A stretch of DNA of 64,000 nt, taken from contig CAWJQQ010000001.1 of NCBI GenBank assembly GCA_963845065.1, forward strand, positions 352,001 to 416,000, given 5' to 3'. The DNA comes from Nitrospirota bacterium. GTDB taxonomy: Bacteria; Nitrospirota; UBA9217. The position numbers and the translations under genes were made by a program. Every line of letters begins with the position of its first letter. Position 1 is the stretch's first letter. This document shows, one piece after another, positions 29,624-39,339 of the stretch. The notes under the pieces are model-generated. The model worked only from the letters and a program-made list of their open reading frames with translations, was not told the origin of the DNA and did no database searches.

Positions 29624-29797
29624 AGTCAGATTACCGAATGTGGATTAAAAGCTTTTTTAGTCTGTGCAATCGTATTTTGAATCCGTATAATTGCGCTTGT
29701 CCCCCTGGCCGCAAGCCCGGATGGCGAGATGTCCAGCGGTATGGTTTGGGCAAGGGGAGTGAAGGACGGGTAATTCAAAACCCACTGGAGGTTTAAC

Positions 29798-32386
29798 ATG
29801 AAACGGTTATTGAATTTATTGATTCTAATTCTTTTCGTGTCAATCTTACTGGTAGCTTGCAGTGGTGGGGGCGACGGTACAAACCCACTTCCCACACAGA
29901 CATACACCGTGACCTATAACGGCAACGGTAGCACAGGCGGCAGCGTCCCGACTGATCATAATACTTACTCTCAGGGGGCTACCGTCACGGTGCTCGGGAA
30001 TACCAGCAACCTCATAAATATCGGGTATTCCTTCTTGGGCTGGAACACGCAGTCTAACGGATCCGGAACGACTTATACGCAGGGGCAGACCTTCGCTATG
30101 GGTACGGCCAATGTTACCCTGTATGCATTGTGGACTTCAACCTCAAGCTCCGAGTACACCATTACTTACAACGGCAACGGTAATACCGGAGGCAGCGTCC
30201 CGACTGATCCTAACACTTATACTCAGGGGGCTACCGTCACAGTGCTCGGAAATACAGGGCATCTTGAGAAAACCGGATATAACTTTACGGGCTGGAATAC
30301 ACAGGCCGATGGATCAGGAACGACCTATACGCAGCCGCAGACCTTCGCGATGAGTGCGGCAAATGTCACCCTGTATGCGCAGTGGACCACAAGCCCCACG
30401 TACACCGTAACCTATAGCGGCAACGGTAATACCGGTGGCAACGTACCGATTGACACGGACAACTACGTTCAGGGGCAAACGGTAACAGTGTTCGGCAATA
30501 CCGGCAACCTCGTAAATACCGGGTATTCCTTCTCAAACTGGAACATGCTATCTAACGGAACCGGAACGACCTATACGCAGGGGCAGACCTTCGCGATGGG
30601 TGCGGCAAATATCACCCTGTACGCGCAGTGGACAGCAATACGTGATCTTTATGTAACCAATTTTGATAACTTTACGGTTTCCGTATTTGATTCATCCTTG
30701 AGCGGGAGTGTGAATGCATTGAGACAATTCGGCAACATTACAGGTTTGTCCAGTCCATCGGGCATTGCTGTGGACACGGTAAATAATCAGATCTTTGTGG
30801 CTAACTACGGGAACAACTCAATCACTGTATATGGGATTACAGACAGCGGGAATGTCACACCGGTAAGTACCATCTCCGGCGCAAGCACTGGCTTAGGTAT
30901 CCCATTGGGTATTGCCGTGGACACGGTAAATAACCAGATCTTTGTGGCAAACCAGGAAGAATCAATCACGGTATATAGCACTTCAGCCACTGGGAATGCC
31001 ACACCGGTAAGTACCATCTCCGGCGCAAGTACTGGATTGAACGCTCCATCAAGCATAGCCGTCGACACGGTAAATAGCCAGATCTTTGTGACTAATGTGC
31101 AGAACAACTCAATCACGGTATATGGGATTGCAGCCACCGGTAATGTCACACCAGTAAGTACCATTACCGGAACAAGTACTGGCTTGGACGAACCATACGG
31201 TATTGCTGTGGACACGGTAAATAACGAAATCTTTGTGGCCAACGCCGGGAACAACTCAATCACGGTATATGGGAGGACAGCCACCGGAAATGTCACACCG
31301 GTAAGTACCATCTCCGGAACAAGCACTGGCTTGGACTTACCACGTGGCATTGCTGTGGACACGGTAAATAACCGGATCTTTGTTGCTAACGAATTTCCCT
31401 CAATTACGGTATACGGGATTACAGCCACCGGGAATGTCGCACCGGTAAGTACTATCTCCGGAGCAAGCACTGGCTTGAACCAAACATGGGGTATTGCCCT
31501 GGACACGGTAAATAACCAGATCTTTGCGGCCAACTGGGGGAACCACTCAATCACGGCATATGGGATTACAGCCAGCGGAAATGTCACCCCGGTAAGTAGC
31601 GTCTCCGACGCAAGCACAGGCGTGGTCGGCCCATCCGGCATAGCCGTGGACACGGTAAATAATCAGATATTTGTGGCTAACAATGGGAATAACTCAGTCA
31701 CAGTATATGGCTCGACAGCCACCGGGAATGTCACACCGATAAGTACCATCTCCGGCACAAGCACTGGCTTGTTATATCCATCAGCCATTGCCGTGGACAA
31801 GGTAAATAACCAGATCTTTGTGGCCAACTATGAGAACTCAATCACGGTATATGGGATTACAGCCACCGGAAATGCAACACCGGTAAGTACCATCTCCGGC
31901 GCAAGTACTGGCTTAAACCACCCATGGGGCATTGCCGTGGACACGGTAAATAACCAGATCTTTGTGGCTAACAACGGGAACAACTCAATCACAGTATATG
32001 GGAGGACAGCCAACGGGAATGTCACACCAGTAAGCACCATCTCTGGAACAAATACTGGCTTGAACCAACCACAGGGTATTGCCGTGGACACGGTAAATAA
32101 CCAGATCTTTGCGGCCAACTTCAATAACAATTCAATCACGGTATATGGGAGAACAGCGACTGGGAATGTCACGCCGATAAATACCATCTCCGGCGCAAAC
32201 ACAGGCTTGGGCGACCCATCCGGCATAGCTGTGGACACGGTAAATAACCAGATCTTTGTATCCAACTGGGGATACGGCACAATCACGGTATATGGGAGGA
32301 CAGCCACCGGAAATGTCACACCGGTAAGGACCATATCTTCCGCAAGCACGGTTTTGAGAGGCCCAGAAGGTATTGCGCTGCAGTAG
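29798..32386 (+). CDS. Lipoprotein with 3 InlB-B/Flg_new (Listeria-Bacteroides) repeats and NHL/YVTN-like beta-propeller repeats
   Basis: Lipobox LVAC; three YTVTYNGNG...GY.F.GWN...TLYA.W units; eleven 48-49-aa IAVDTVNNQIFVAN...SITVYG units. Confidence 0.88.
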   Translation: MKRLLNLLILILFVSILLVACSGGGDGTNPLPTQTYTVTYNGNGSTGGSVPTDHNTYSQGATVTVLGNTSNLINIGYSFLGWNTQSNGSGTTYTQGQTFAMGTANVTLYALWTSTSSSEYTITYNGNGNTGGSVPTDPNTYTQGATVTVLGNTGHLEKTGYNFTGWNTQADGSGTTYTQPQTFAMSAANVTLYAQWTTSPTYTVTYSGNGNTGGNVPIDTDNYVQGQTVTVFGNTGNLVNTGYSFSNWNMLSNGTGTTYTQGQTFAMGAANITLYAQWTAIRDLYVTNFDNFTVSVFDSSLSGSVNALRQFGNITGLSSPSGIAVDTVNNQIFVANYGNNSITVYGITDSGNVTPVSTISGASTGLGIPLGIAVDTVNNQIFVANQEESITVYSTSATGNATPVSTISGASTGLNAPSSIAVDTVNSQIFVTNVQNNSITVYGIAATGNVTPVSTITGTSTGLDEPYGIAVDTVNNEIFVANAGNNSITVYGRTATGNVTPVSTISGTSTGLDLPRGIAVDTVNNRIFVANEFPSITVYGITATGNVAPVSTISGASTGLNQTWGIALDTVNNQIFAANWGNHSITAYGITASGNVTPVSSVSDASTGVVGPSGIAVDTVNNQIFVANNGNNSVTVYGSTATGNVTPISTISGTSTGLLYPSAIAVDKVNNQIFVANYENSITVYGITATGNATPVSTISGASTGLNHPWGIAVDTVNNQIFVANNGNNSITVYGRTANGNVTPVSTISGTNTGLNQPQGIAVDTVNNQIFAANFNNNSITVYGRTATGNVTPINTISGANTGLGDPSGIAVDTVNNQIFVSNWGYGTITVYGRTATGNVTPVRTISSASTVLRGPEGIALQ
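30757..32380 (+). repeat. Coding tandem repeat, 144-147-bp unit, 11 copies
   Basis: Recurrent GTGGACACGGTAAATAACCAGATCTTTG and AATGTCACACCGGTAAGTACCATCTCCGG. Confidence 0.9.
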
Positions 32387-32494
32387 CGTTTGGTAAGATT
32401 GGCATGCTATGTTGCCCGACATCTTGTCATACTTTGTCTTTGATCAAGATGGCGCATGCTCCTTAGCCAACAAACTGATCAATGCCCCAAGTAA

Positions 32495-32702
32495 TGTGCG
32501 GGCGGCCGTGAGACCGCAGGGGAAGCTCGCAGGGGGTAGAGTGGCGCCCCGATAAATCGGGATGTTCCATAGGGAGACCGTTGAATCCCGCAAGCAGTCG
32601 GGTCAGTCGTTTTCCGGCACCACATGCAGGTGCAGTAGGTCATTGAGGCATTCGATCAGTTGGGTGGAGTTTTCGGAACTCACGTCGTTATAAGCCTATG
32701 CA
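32495..32702 (+). ncRNA. Candidate rod-shaped structured RNA (6S-like?)
   Basis: 5'/3' pairing (TGTGCGGGC/GCCTATGCA, CGTGAG/CTCACG, GGAAGCTC/GAGTTTTC); apical stem GGAGAC..CCCG/CGGG..GTTTTCC; terminator follows. Confidence 0.4.
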
Positions 32703-32705
32703 GTA

Positions 32706-32741
32706 GCCCTCTTTCTCCGCGCGGGAAGGAGGGCCGTTTTT
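32706..32741 (+). terminator. Intrinsic terminator
   Basis: GCCCTCTTTCTC...GGGAAGGAGGGC then CGTTTTT. Confidence 0.6.
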
Positions 32742-32907
32742 CTGGATGGTGGATAGCTTACTGGTTTAAAAAGATGAACATGTCGTGAACTACTGCATGT
32801 TGGCTGGTTTCTATTGTGATATAAAAAAACAAGACAACAATCGGAAATTAACAACACAAAAACTTATTACTAAGAAAATGCGCAATATCGTTTCCAAACG
32901 TCCTAAA

Positions 32908-32950
32908 GGTTCATAACCCGAAGGGCGTCGGTTTAAATCTGACCCTCCGA
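32908..32950 (+). other. Second, more degenerate tRNA-fMet 3' remnant
   Basis: GGTTCATAACCCGAAGGGCGTCGGTTTAAATCTGACCCTCCG aligns with the 1618 remnant and with tRNA-fMet. Confidence 0.65.
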
Positions 32951-33100
32951 AAAAAGGGCAGAATTCGAGAATTGGACAGTTCCCTTTCACTGGAACACCT
33001 CACCACTATAGTATCTTATCGTTTTTTCCCACGATTTTAATAAGTTGAGATATCTTATATGATAGTATATGTTATAGTCATTAATGCAAGGAGATCCCAC

Positions 33101-33379
33101 ATGAAAACTGTAACAGCGCTTTATCTACGCAAGAAACTCGGCAGCGTTCTCAATTCCGTGGCGGAAAAACATGAGCCGGTGACGATTACCCGGGCGAACA
33201 GGCCGCTTGCGGTCATCATTTCAGCTGATGATTATCAGGAGAAGGTGTTGAAGAGCGACCGGGGGCAAAAACTGAAGGAACTATCATTAAGGATGAACGC
33301 ATGGAAGAGTGAACACCGAAAAGAGACAGCGCGGATTGATGCGGTCAAAGCGATCCGGGAAATGAGGGAGCGTAGATGA
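33101..33379 (+). CDS. Phd/YefM-family antitoxin
   Basis: MKTVTALYLRKKLGSVLNSVAEKHEPVTITRANRPLAVII; AGGAG RBS. Confidence 0.85.
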   Translation: MKTVTALYLRKKLGSVLNSVAEKHEPVTITRANRPLAVIISADDYQEKVLKSDRGQKLKELSLRMNAWKSEHRKETARIDAVKAIREMRERR

Positions 33380-33779
33380 TCGTTTTGGATGTGTCGGTCG
33401 CGCTCAAGTGGTTATTTGAGGATGAGGACGGCGGCGACCGGGCGGGTATATGAAGGACGATCACGTTGCCGGGCATGAGATCATTGCTGCGCCGGAATTG
33501 TTGTTTTATGAGATCGGCAATGTATTGGCGACAAAGACGCGACTCTCCAAAGCTGCTATTTCGGATGCATTTTCGATCCTGTGGGATTTTTCCCTCGAAC
33601 GGTTCGATCTTGGGTTGGAGGAGTTTCAGGACAGCTTGGCCCTCTCCCGAAAGTTTAAAATAACATTATATGATGCCGTTTATATCGAACTTTCTCGGAG
33701 ACACAAATGCACGTTCGTGACCGCAGACAAAAAACTGTACGAAAAGGTCAAAACCATAAAGACAATCGAACTTCTGTAA
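33376..33779 (+). pseudogene. VapC PIN toxin, frameshifted near 33447
   Basis: ATGA overlap; MIVLDVSVALKWLFEDED in one frame, APELLFYEIGN...TLYDAVYIEL...FVTADKKL in another. Confidence 0.85.
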
Positions 33780-34659
33780 AGATTACTATGACTGGTATGC
33801 GTGATAGCGTTGAATTTTGTGCGCGCTGCATGGCCATGTGGGATTATTACTTGTTGATTAACCCGCTGGTTAAGCCTTTCCTGGCGAACGCGAGAACTTC
33901 AGGTTCATTATCCGAAGTGATCCATTGAGGACACTTCAGCTTTTGGATAGACTTGAGGCAAAACGGTAAGTTTGATACTAGACGACCTTCAATCGGGGAT
34001 GTATTTATTCGCTAAGAGCAAACGATAGTTCTGATATACTAACGCCATTTATTCTTTGCGGCTGGTATCGTAATAATCGCATTCTGCAGTTAGAGAATCA
34101 TGGAGAGTTTAGCATCCTCCAGAAACGCAAAGGATGCATCAAACCCGGCTTTAAATACGTAAGATAAAGGAAGACATTATGTACGAGTTGTTTGCCACTG
34201 CACAACGGGGAAAACACACCATCATCTTTATCATGGTACTTATTGGAATCGTTTCGATAGCTGTGCGGCTGCTGGTCAGATTTATAATGAAGGCTTCTGC
34301 TAAGTCGGGGAAATCGAAGAGGGCTTGAGGATATGGCGGCTGTAATGGCAGCCGGTGTTCTCGGAATAATATTGCTATCGGCATTTAAGAAAATGAAATG
34401 ATGGAACAGTAAATTACGATGAATAGTATAGCTCGATTAAGGGATGGCAGATGCAATGTATACCATGGCTACGAATAAATATTGACCCTTTATCTGTACT
34501 GTTACTATCCTGCAATAAAAAAACGTATTTGAGTATCCTATAATACCTTGATTTTCTTGTGTGGGGTGAGGGGTTAGTGGAAACCCTTGGGGTGACCGAC
34601 CAGAAGGGGTTTTCTCCATTATTCCCAGCGCGTGCAAGGTAAATCACAGCATTGGGCAC

Positions 34660-34701
34660 AAAAAAGGCCTCCTGGGATGTTTTCCCAGGAGGCCTGAGTT
34701 T
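34660..34701. terminator. Intrinsic terminator (likely bidirectional)
   Basis: AAAAAA-GGCCTCCTGGGA-tgtt-TTCCCAGGAGGCC-tgagTTTT just downstream of the minus-strand gene ending at 34716. Confidence 0.8.
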
Positions 34702-34715
34702 TACGTCTGACGGTA

Positions 34716-35252
34716 CTACTGGTTAATCGTTGTTACCAGCATTTCCGCTGAGGGTACCACTATATCCGCCTGATCGTTGCAGGAGACCTTTGTCCCTGTA
34801 ATATTGATTGAAGTCTCGCCGGCATTGACCCCTTTGAAGTTCAGGTTGACGATATTGACGTTGCCCTGCTGCGGGGTAAGAGTAATACCGATTACCTTGC
34901 CATTTTCAGGGTTAACCACAACCATCCCACCAAATGATGCACCCGTGTTAACGAGATTGTCGTCGGTGAGTTGGATGATGGCGTTATTGTAGGTCAGGTC
35001 GATTGAATATGCACAGAACGGATCATCAGAAGATAGAACCACGGGAACGGTCACGGTCTGATCAGATGCTACCGTAAAGCTGGTCATTGAAAGCCCATCG
35101 ACCCCTAACGTTACGGTGTCATTGCTGTTCAGCTCCACGACAGACTGCGTGCTCTCTGCTGTTGATATGTTCCCAGAACCACCTGAGTTGCCACAACCAG
35201 AAACGAGTACTGCCACAACGATCACCATTAATACCATTATTCGCTGCTTCAT
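34716..35252 (-). CDS. Lipoprotein with cohesin-like beta-sandwich domain
   Basis: GGAGG RBS; MKQRIMVLMVIVVAVLVSGC lipobox; TVTVPVVL...YSIDLTYN...IVNLNFKGVNAGETSI pattern. Confidence 0.65.
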   Translation of the reverse strand: MKQRIMVLMVIVVAVLVSGCGNSGGSGNISTAESTQSVVELNSNDTVTLGVDGLSMTSFTVASDQTVTVPVVLSSDDPFCAYSIDLTYNNAIIQLTDDNLVNTGASFGGMVVVNPENGKVIGITLTPQQGNVNIVNLNFKGVNAGETSINITGTKVSCNDQADIVVPSAEMLVTTINQ

Positions 35253-36590
35253 TTGTTGCCTCCATAATAGAATTCGCCGCGAGGACGTTTTCATTGACGC
35301 AATGCAGTTCATATTGCCGTCTAATTTGAACAGCATATAAAATCCATCCAACATATCCCCTATATCGGCTTTTTGTAAACTGGTTCGTTATACTCTGCAT
35401 AAGAGGTGTTGTGATAGACTATAAATACGTATTTATACACTATTTATTTCCAGAAGTTTGTGACCGGTAAAATCCATCCAGTTCCTTACATCCATAAAAT
35501 ATCACGCCGTCTAAAATACGAGATTACCAATAGCGATGCAAACGTTATCAGTTTGGAAACCGTAATATTGTATAGCTTTTTCACAAAGTAATTCCCATGG
35601 GATGCCATCTATGAAAAGAGTATCCGATATCAAATAGCACATATCTTATCGACATATTTACAAATCTCTTTAATCAAAGGTGGCAATGTCCTCGTCAATC
35701 AAACCAGGGCAAGAGTTTCCTGTTCCTTTTCAGGGACGATATTTTTCTTTTTTCTGCCGTTTTTCTTCTTCGACACATTCTCTGGTACGCTGGTTGATTC
35801 TATAACGGCTTCAAACGACTGCGTTTCGGTGGAAGTAGCAACGGGTTGCTGGACTTGGGTCTTCGGCTCTTCCTGCGAAAACTGCTGCTTGATGGCAGCA
35901 ACGATGTCTTCCACAGGTTTGGCTAGCAGGTCTACGCGCGCCAGCGTATCTGCATCGTACGGCTGGTTAGTCGTTTCGGCCCATTTAAGTGCTTCACGCG
36001 TGAGGTTTTGAGCGTGGAAATACCCTCGGCTCGGGTACGTTCAATCGGTATCGCCGTTTTGTCAATGACGACCTCTTTCCCTGCGGTAGCTTGGAGGTCC
36101 TTGCGGGTGATTTCCTATACCCTTGACTTAGTAAATGCCACCTTGCCCTTGATCACCGTATTGTCATCTATAGTGCTGGCTGACAGGATGTTTTTCATTT
36201 CATTCTACCAGTGAGCGGTTTTTTTTGGAGGGGGGTGGGGCGGGGTGGATATTAAATCATCGGCCAGAAGGTATTTGTGACGGTATGAGCCTGCAGCAGC
36301 ATGTGTTTATTTTAATTCCTGAATGCAATCGTGTTTTGAATCATTATAAAACAGAATAACTGGCGGCCGTGTTTTATATGATATCGTCGAGATGGTGCGA
36401 ACCATGCACAACTCTATGAATTTCTCTGGTACGGCCACGGATCACGTAGAGCACAAGGTAGGATCCGATGATGAGAACGTGATATCCGTATCCTGCAAGT
36501 TTTTCATGTTTGGTCACCCTACCAAATTGTGGGTTGACCGCGAGAGCCGTTCGGAGAGAACTTTTCGATATGGAGATCTAGTGACGGACA

Positions 36591-36977
36591 ATGGCCAGGA
36601 TATCTGGCGAGGTAAACGCAGACTTCATTCCCGTCACAAGCGTACGTACAGGGTTTCTCAGGGACTCAGCTGAGTATAAGGAATTTCTCGTCGTGATGGG
36701 TAAGGTAATGGAGGACGTGAAGGTATTACTCCAGAAGCTCATTACAAAGAAGGAAGGAAAGCGCGTCAGCCGGACCTTGAGGGACGCACTCCAAAAAAAA
36801 AATATATATCTCTCCCTTGTATTAAACCCGGACTTCTTACCATTTGGAGTACTTCGTTTAGGTGATGAGACCAAGGGTGTCGGTAGCGCGGCTGAACTAT
36901 CGCAGAAAAAGGAAGGTCTCTCCGAGAGCGAGGTTAAACTTGAAGGTCAGAAGGTGATAGAGCAAGCGGGAGCGTAG
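36591..36977 (+). pseudogene. Probable C-terminal fragment of a GHKL-type ATP-binding protein
   Basis: RISGEVNADFIPVTSVRTGFLRDS resembles the region following GHKL ATPase domains; no ATPase domain upstream. Confidence 0.35.
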
Positions 36978-37357
36978 AGGTGCGAGCCTTGTACGACCTG
37001 ATCCACTGGTCCGAGCCCATATCTGCGGTGCTAATATTATGACGATGGTGTAAAATCCTGATTGAAGTATGCACTGCCCCAGAAGAATCAATCCTAGGGC
37101 ATTTATGATAATTGATTTTTGTGCCAAAAGGCCGAAAGTTTTACAAACGATCGACTAGCGGGACGTTCCCCTGCTTTGTACACTTTTCATGGCCACTGAC
37201 AGAAACATATATAGTAACCAGTAAAACCCTGTCTGCCGCTCTAACCTTAACTGTCCAATCTCTGGGGTTCACTCTAGGTGTAATTTAAATAAAATGACAT
37301 TTCGTGGAGCAGAGAATGTTATCTGTCCCTGTATGTTTAACTAATTACTATTCACTT

Positions 37358-38554
37358 CTAACTTATCCCAGCCGGGACTCTTCCATAATAGCACCGTAAT
37401 GGATTGGCAACAACGCCCATTAGGCAATAACCGCAATTGATACACCGAGAGCGTTCCTGCCCCTGTTGGAATCGGTTCACAATATCGGGTTCGATGATGA
37501 ACGGTCTGGATAGGGACACAAAATCGATACCCTTTTCCGATATGAGCGTCTTGATATCTTGTAAACCTCTAATACCGCCCACGACAATTACCGGAATATC
37601 TACGTTCCGCTTGATCAATTCCGCAGCTCCTACGTTGTAATTAAAGATTGGCTTGCGGATCTTTACCAGGAAGGGAGCCATAAGCTTAAATAAACGTTTC
37701 TTATAGGACGGCATGTTCCGGTAGGTAGGAATGAGTCCTAACATGGCATCTACGGGCACTTTGGTCACTCGAATGGTATTCATGAAGTCTCCGTAACCGC
37801 AGGATACTTCAATGGCATCGCATAAGGCGGTCTGGAGCATCTGGGCAATCGTAACGGTTTCAGCCTCGGTCGGTCCCTGCTTATACTCGTCATGAGCGCT
37901 GATCTTTATGAGAATGGGGAATTTACCGACCTCCTTTCGAGCTCCAGAGAGAATTTCGGTAACGATTCTCATCCGGTTCTCCGTTGATCCACCCCACCTG
38001 TCTTTTCGCCTGTTTAGTATGGGAGAAATGAATTCGGAAAGAAGATAGCCATGAGCAGCGTGGAGCTCAACTCCGCCGAACCCTGCTGACTTAGCGCGAA
38101 CGATAGCAGCCACAAAAGCATCGATGATAGATCTGATCTCGACGTCGCTTGTTTCTTTTACTCTATCGCCATATTCGTTTTTTCTGCGAGGACTCGCACT
38201 CACGACTTCCTGGCCTGTAATCTTGGACATGGACCTGCTGCCACCATGGGCTATCTGGAGGATCACTGGTGTGTTGTACTGCTTCAACTGGTCATTGATG
38301 GATTTGTAGACATCGATATAAACGTCACTGTCGAACATCCGCATGTTCGGGGTGGCTCTTCCGTTCTGCATCACGCTCACGAAGCCCGTTATAATTGCGC
38401 CTGCGCCGCCTGCCGAAAGGTTACGGTACATCTTTAGCAGATCGTCTGTAGGAGTCCCGTTGGCATTCGCCATGCCCTCGTGAGTCGCTGAGCGGATGAT
38501 TCGGTTTTTCAGGCTAAGTGTTCCGAGCGAACAAGGTTCAAAGATATTTTTCAT
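37358..38554 (-). CDS. NADH:flavin oxidoreductase (Old Yellow Enzyme family)
   Basis: LKNRIIRSATHE, QIAHGG, GFGGVELHAAHGYLLSEF, WGGSTENRMR; C-terminal CINCGYC. Confidence 0.93.
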   Translation of the reverse strand: MKNIFEPCSLGTLSLKNRIIRSATHEGMANANGTPTDDLLKMYRNLSAGGAGAIITGFVSVMQNGRATPNMRMFDSDVYIDVYKSINDQLKQYNTPVILQIAHGGSRSMSKITGQEVVSASPRRKNEYGDRVKETSDVEIRSIIDAFVAAIVRAKSAGFGGVELHAAHGYLLSEFISPILNRRKDRWGGSTENRMRIVTEILSGARKEVGKFPILIKISAHDEYKQGPTEAETVTIAQMLQTALCDAIEVSCGYGDFMNTIRVTKVPVDAMLGLIPTYRNMPSYKKRLFKLMAPFLVKIRKPIFNYNVGAAELIKRNVDIPVIVVGGIRGLQDIKTLISEKGIDFVSLSRPFIIEPDIVNRFQQGQERSRCINCGYCLMGVVANPLRCYYGRVPAGIS

Positions 38555-38618
38555 TTGATAACCCTCCTCTTAATTAATTCCATGGCTCGATTTTGATCTG
38601 TCTGAGCGATGTAACAAT

Positions 38619-38730
38619 AAAAAAGCCGAGCATACCAAAGGCATCATCCTTCGGCAGCTCGGCCGTCTTGGTCTTTTAAGACCCGTGGCTTTCCGTCCCC
38701 CTCTTGCGAAGGGTTTGGCTTTATCGTGAT
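38619..38730 (-). promoter_or_regulatory. c-di-GMP-I (GEMM-I) riboswitch with overlapping terminator
   Basis: Minus strand ATAAAGCCAAACCCTTCGCAAGAGGGGGACGGAAAGCCACGGGTC...GACGGCCGAGCTGCCGAA, then ...ATGCTCGGCTTTTTT. Confidence 0.88.
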
Positions 38731-38915
38731 AGACTACTCATCTAAAGAAACAGAATGCACGATATGTACCTATTCTGACATATTATGTTTTTACGAAACT
38801 AAGAAAGTTTATGAAATTTTGATTTATTTACTATAGCACTGATATGGTTGACAGTTGTCAAGAGGGAAAATAGTCTCCTGCCCCTTTTTTAAGGGTTCAT
38901 AGTTTAAGTATAATT

Positions 38916-39105
38916 CCAGGGCATAAGGAGGGACGGGGCCGACTTGTGCGACGTTTGATCACTCTGATATTCGCGGGTTTGACCGCAAGACCTTTCTTCG
39001 TCGCGGAGCTGCCTCGCTCTAAAAGCGGAAGTTCGGCATTGCCTTATTCCATAGTGCGGACGAGGATTCTCCGTAAACGTGGCCGCGTCCCCGCTTATGC
39101 CTTGG
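38916..39105 (-). ncRNA. Structured right-end RNA of the IS110/IS1111 element (bridge/seekRNA candidate)
   Basis: 25-nt imperfect inverted repeat (38916-38940 / 39081-39105, 21/25) enclosing about 140 nt, downstream of the transposase. Confidence 0.55.
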
Positions 39106-39339
39106 AGATTGTTTGATGTTAGCTGGCGTCCTCCTTTGGTTTTTTACTTTAGTCGTTTTCGTTTCCGCTTCCGGGCGTCTTCAAATTTTCGATTCTGTTC
39201 TTTGAAAAATCTCGATGCTCCCGTTTTTACCTTTGAGGATCGATTTATTCTTTCACAAATGCCCCAGGATTGATTTTCCAGAGGCGGTCCATACTGAGAG
39301 ACCCCCTCAAGTTTTGTGTGACGCCTTGTTCTTTCATCT

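Noticed and set aside
30805..32349. Long antisense ORFs (282 and 173 aa)
   Set aside because: Mirror images of the propeller repeats.
30757..32380. CRISPR array or DGR
   Set aside because: Repeats are in-frame coding units with no spacers; no cas or reverse transcriptase gene in the window.
35699..36198. Degraded minus-strand ORF (MKNILSAS...ETLALV)
   Set aside because: Contains a stop and a frameshift, and I recognise no family.
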